Part shown: positions 63,370 to 64,000 of the stretch, in pieces
Layout: each line of letters starts with the position of its first letter
Numbering within the stretch: position 1 is the stretch's first letter
Source of the DNA: Cyanobacteriota bacterium
GTDB lineage: Bacteria > Cyanobacteriota > Cyanobacteriia > Cyanobacteriales > Nostocaceae
Reading direction: 5' to 3'
Assembly: GCA_046045965.1 (NCBI GenBank)
Contig: JBJOKS010000023.1
Location: 1-64,000, forward strand
DNA length: 64,000 bases
Translations under genes and position numbers: made by a program
Notes under the pieces: model-generated
What the model saw: only the letters and a program-made list of their open reading frames with translations
What the model was told of the DNA's origin: nothing
Database searches by the model: none

Positions 63370-64000
63370 TTATGTAATTGGCCATTCAGGAATAATCTGA
63401 TCAATTTCTGTCATAATCTTTAATGTTTCTGTTAAAGCAACTACTATTTTTTGATAATGCAGAATATCATCAAAGGATAAACTTATATTAGCTTTTTTGC
63501 GGTCTTTTAACCATTTATCTAAAACTTGATATCCGCCAATTTTGAATTCCCACATTTCTGGGGTTATTCCTTGAAAATATCGGGTTTTATTGATGTAAAC
63601 TCGCTGCTCTTCTGGTTTATAGGTTATTTCTGTAACGCTGTTTTCTCCTTCTCCTTGATATTGAGTAATTAAATGATTGAGTTTTGCTGATTCCATTAAA
63701 TGTAATTTGACTAATTCTTCACCTTTGATGGCTAGATTTTTCCATAGTTTTTCATTGGATGTGAGGGGTAAACGGGGAAAGTCTATTTTCAAAAATTCTG
63801 CATATTTTTGACGATAGGTGGGACTATGAAAAATGGCGTATATATAATAAAATATGGTTTCTGGTGCGGGGATATATCCTAATTTTTCTTTGATAGCGTT
63901 GAGGAATTTTTGTGATAGGTTGGGTGTGCGTTCTATAAATAATGTTCCTTGGGCATTTTCGGTGTCTGGGTAAAGGTAAAGGGGGAAAATACAAGATTGA
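63370..64000 (-). CDS. C-terminal part of a type ISP-like restriction-modification (N6-adenine methyltransferase) enzyme; runs off the window
   Basis: frame stays open to the window end: FPLYLY..RTPNL..IFYYIYAIFHSPTYRQKYAEFLKIDFPRLP..LHL..IGGYQVLDKWLKDRK. Confidence 0.85.
   Translation of the reverse strand, partial: QSCIFPLYLYPDTENAQGTLFIERTPNLSQKFLNAIKEKLGYIPAPETIFYYIYAIFHSPTYRQKYAEFLKIDFPRLPLTSNEKLWKNLAIKGEELVKLHLMESAKLNHLITQYQGEGENSVTEITYKPEEQRVYINKTRYFQGITPEMWEFKIGGYQVLDKWLKDRKKANISLSFDDILHYQKIVVALTETLKIMTEIDQIIPEWPIT

Overview
Chromosomal window from a filamentous cyanobacterium, probably Nostocales. This rests on the low GC, frequent HIP1 GCGATCGC sites, many heptamer STRR tracts, and hps, devBCA-type and xisHI genes. 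Most of it is housekeeping or conserved: rplY, purA, mnmA, nnr, mutL, sat, mtnP, ygfZ, cysK, glmM, ho1, cobW, moaC and tRNA-Arg(ACG). It also carries two hybrid sensor kinases, a diguanylate cyclase, a DevBCA-type exporter with a divergent TetR, a hormogonium-polysaccharide-like (hpsL/N/O/P) glycosyltransferase cluster and the 3' end of a type ISP-like restriction-modification gene. No CRISPR array, rRNA, intact transposase or integrase was seen. The intergenic DNA is dense with small non-autonomous repeat families. The most unusual items are: (1) a lone GT2 gene bracketed by a 168-bp direct repeat with one mismatch, containing a MITE-like piece plus a long hairpin; (2) an AcoR-type GAF domain fused to a degenerate histidine-kinase-like C-terminus next to a stand-alone receiver; (3) a TetR with a C-terminal ribbon-helix-helix-like extension and a visible operator palindrome; (4) a pentapeptide-repeat/PD-(D/E)XK-like nuclease fusion beside an orphan xisHI pair. 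All family calls come from motif recognition by eye, not database searches.
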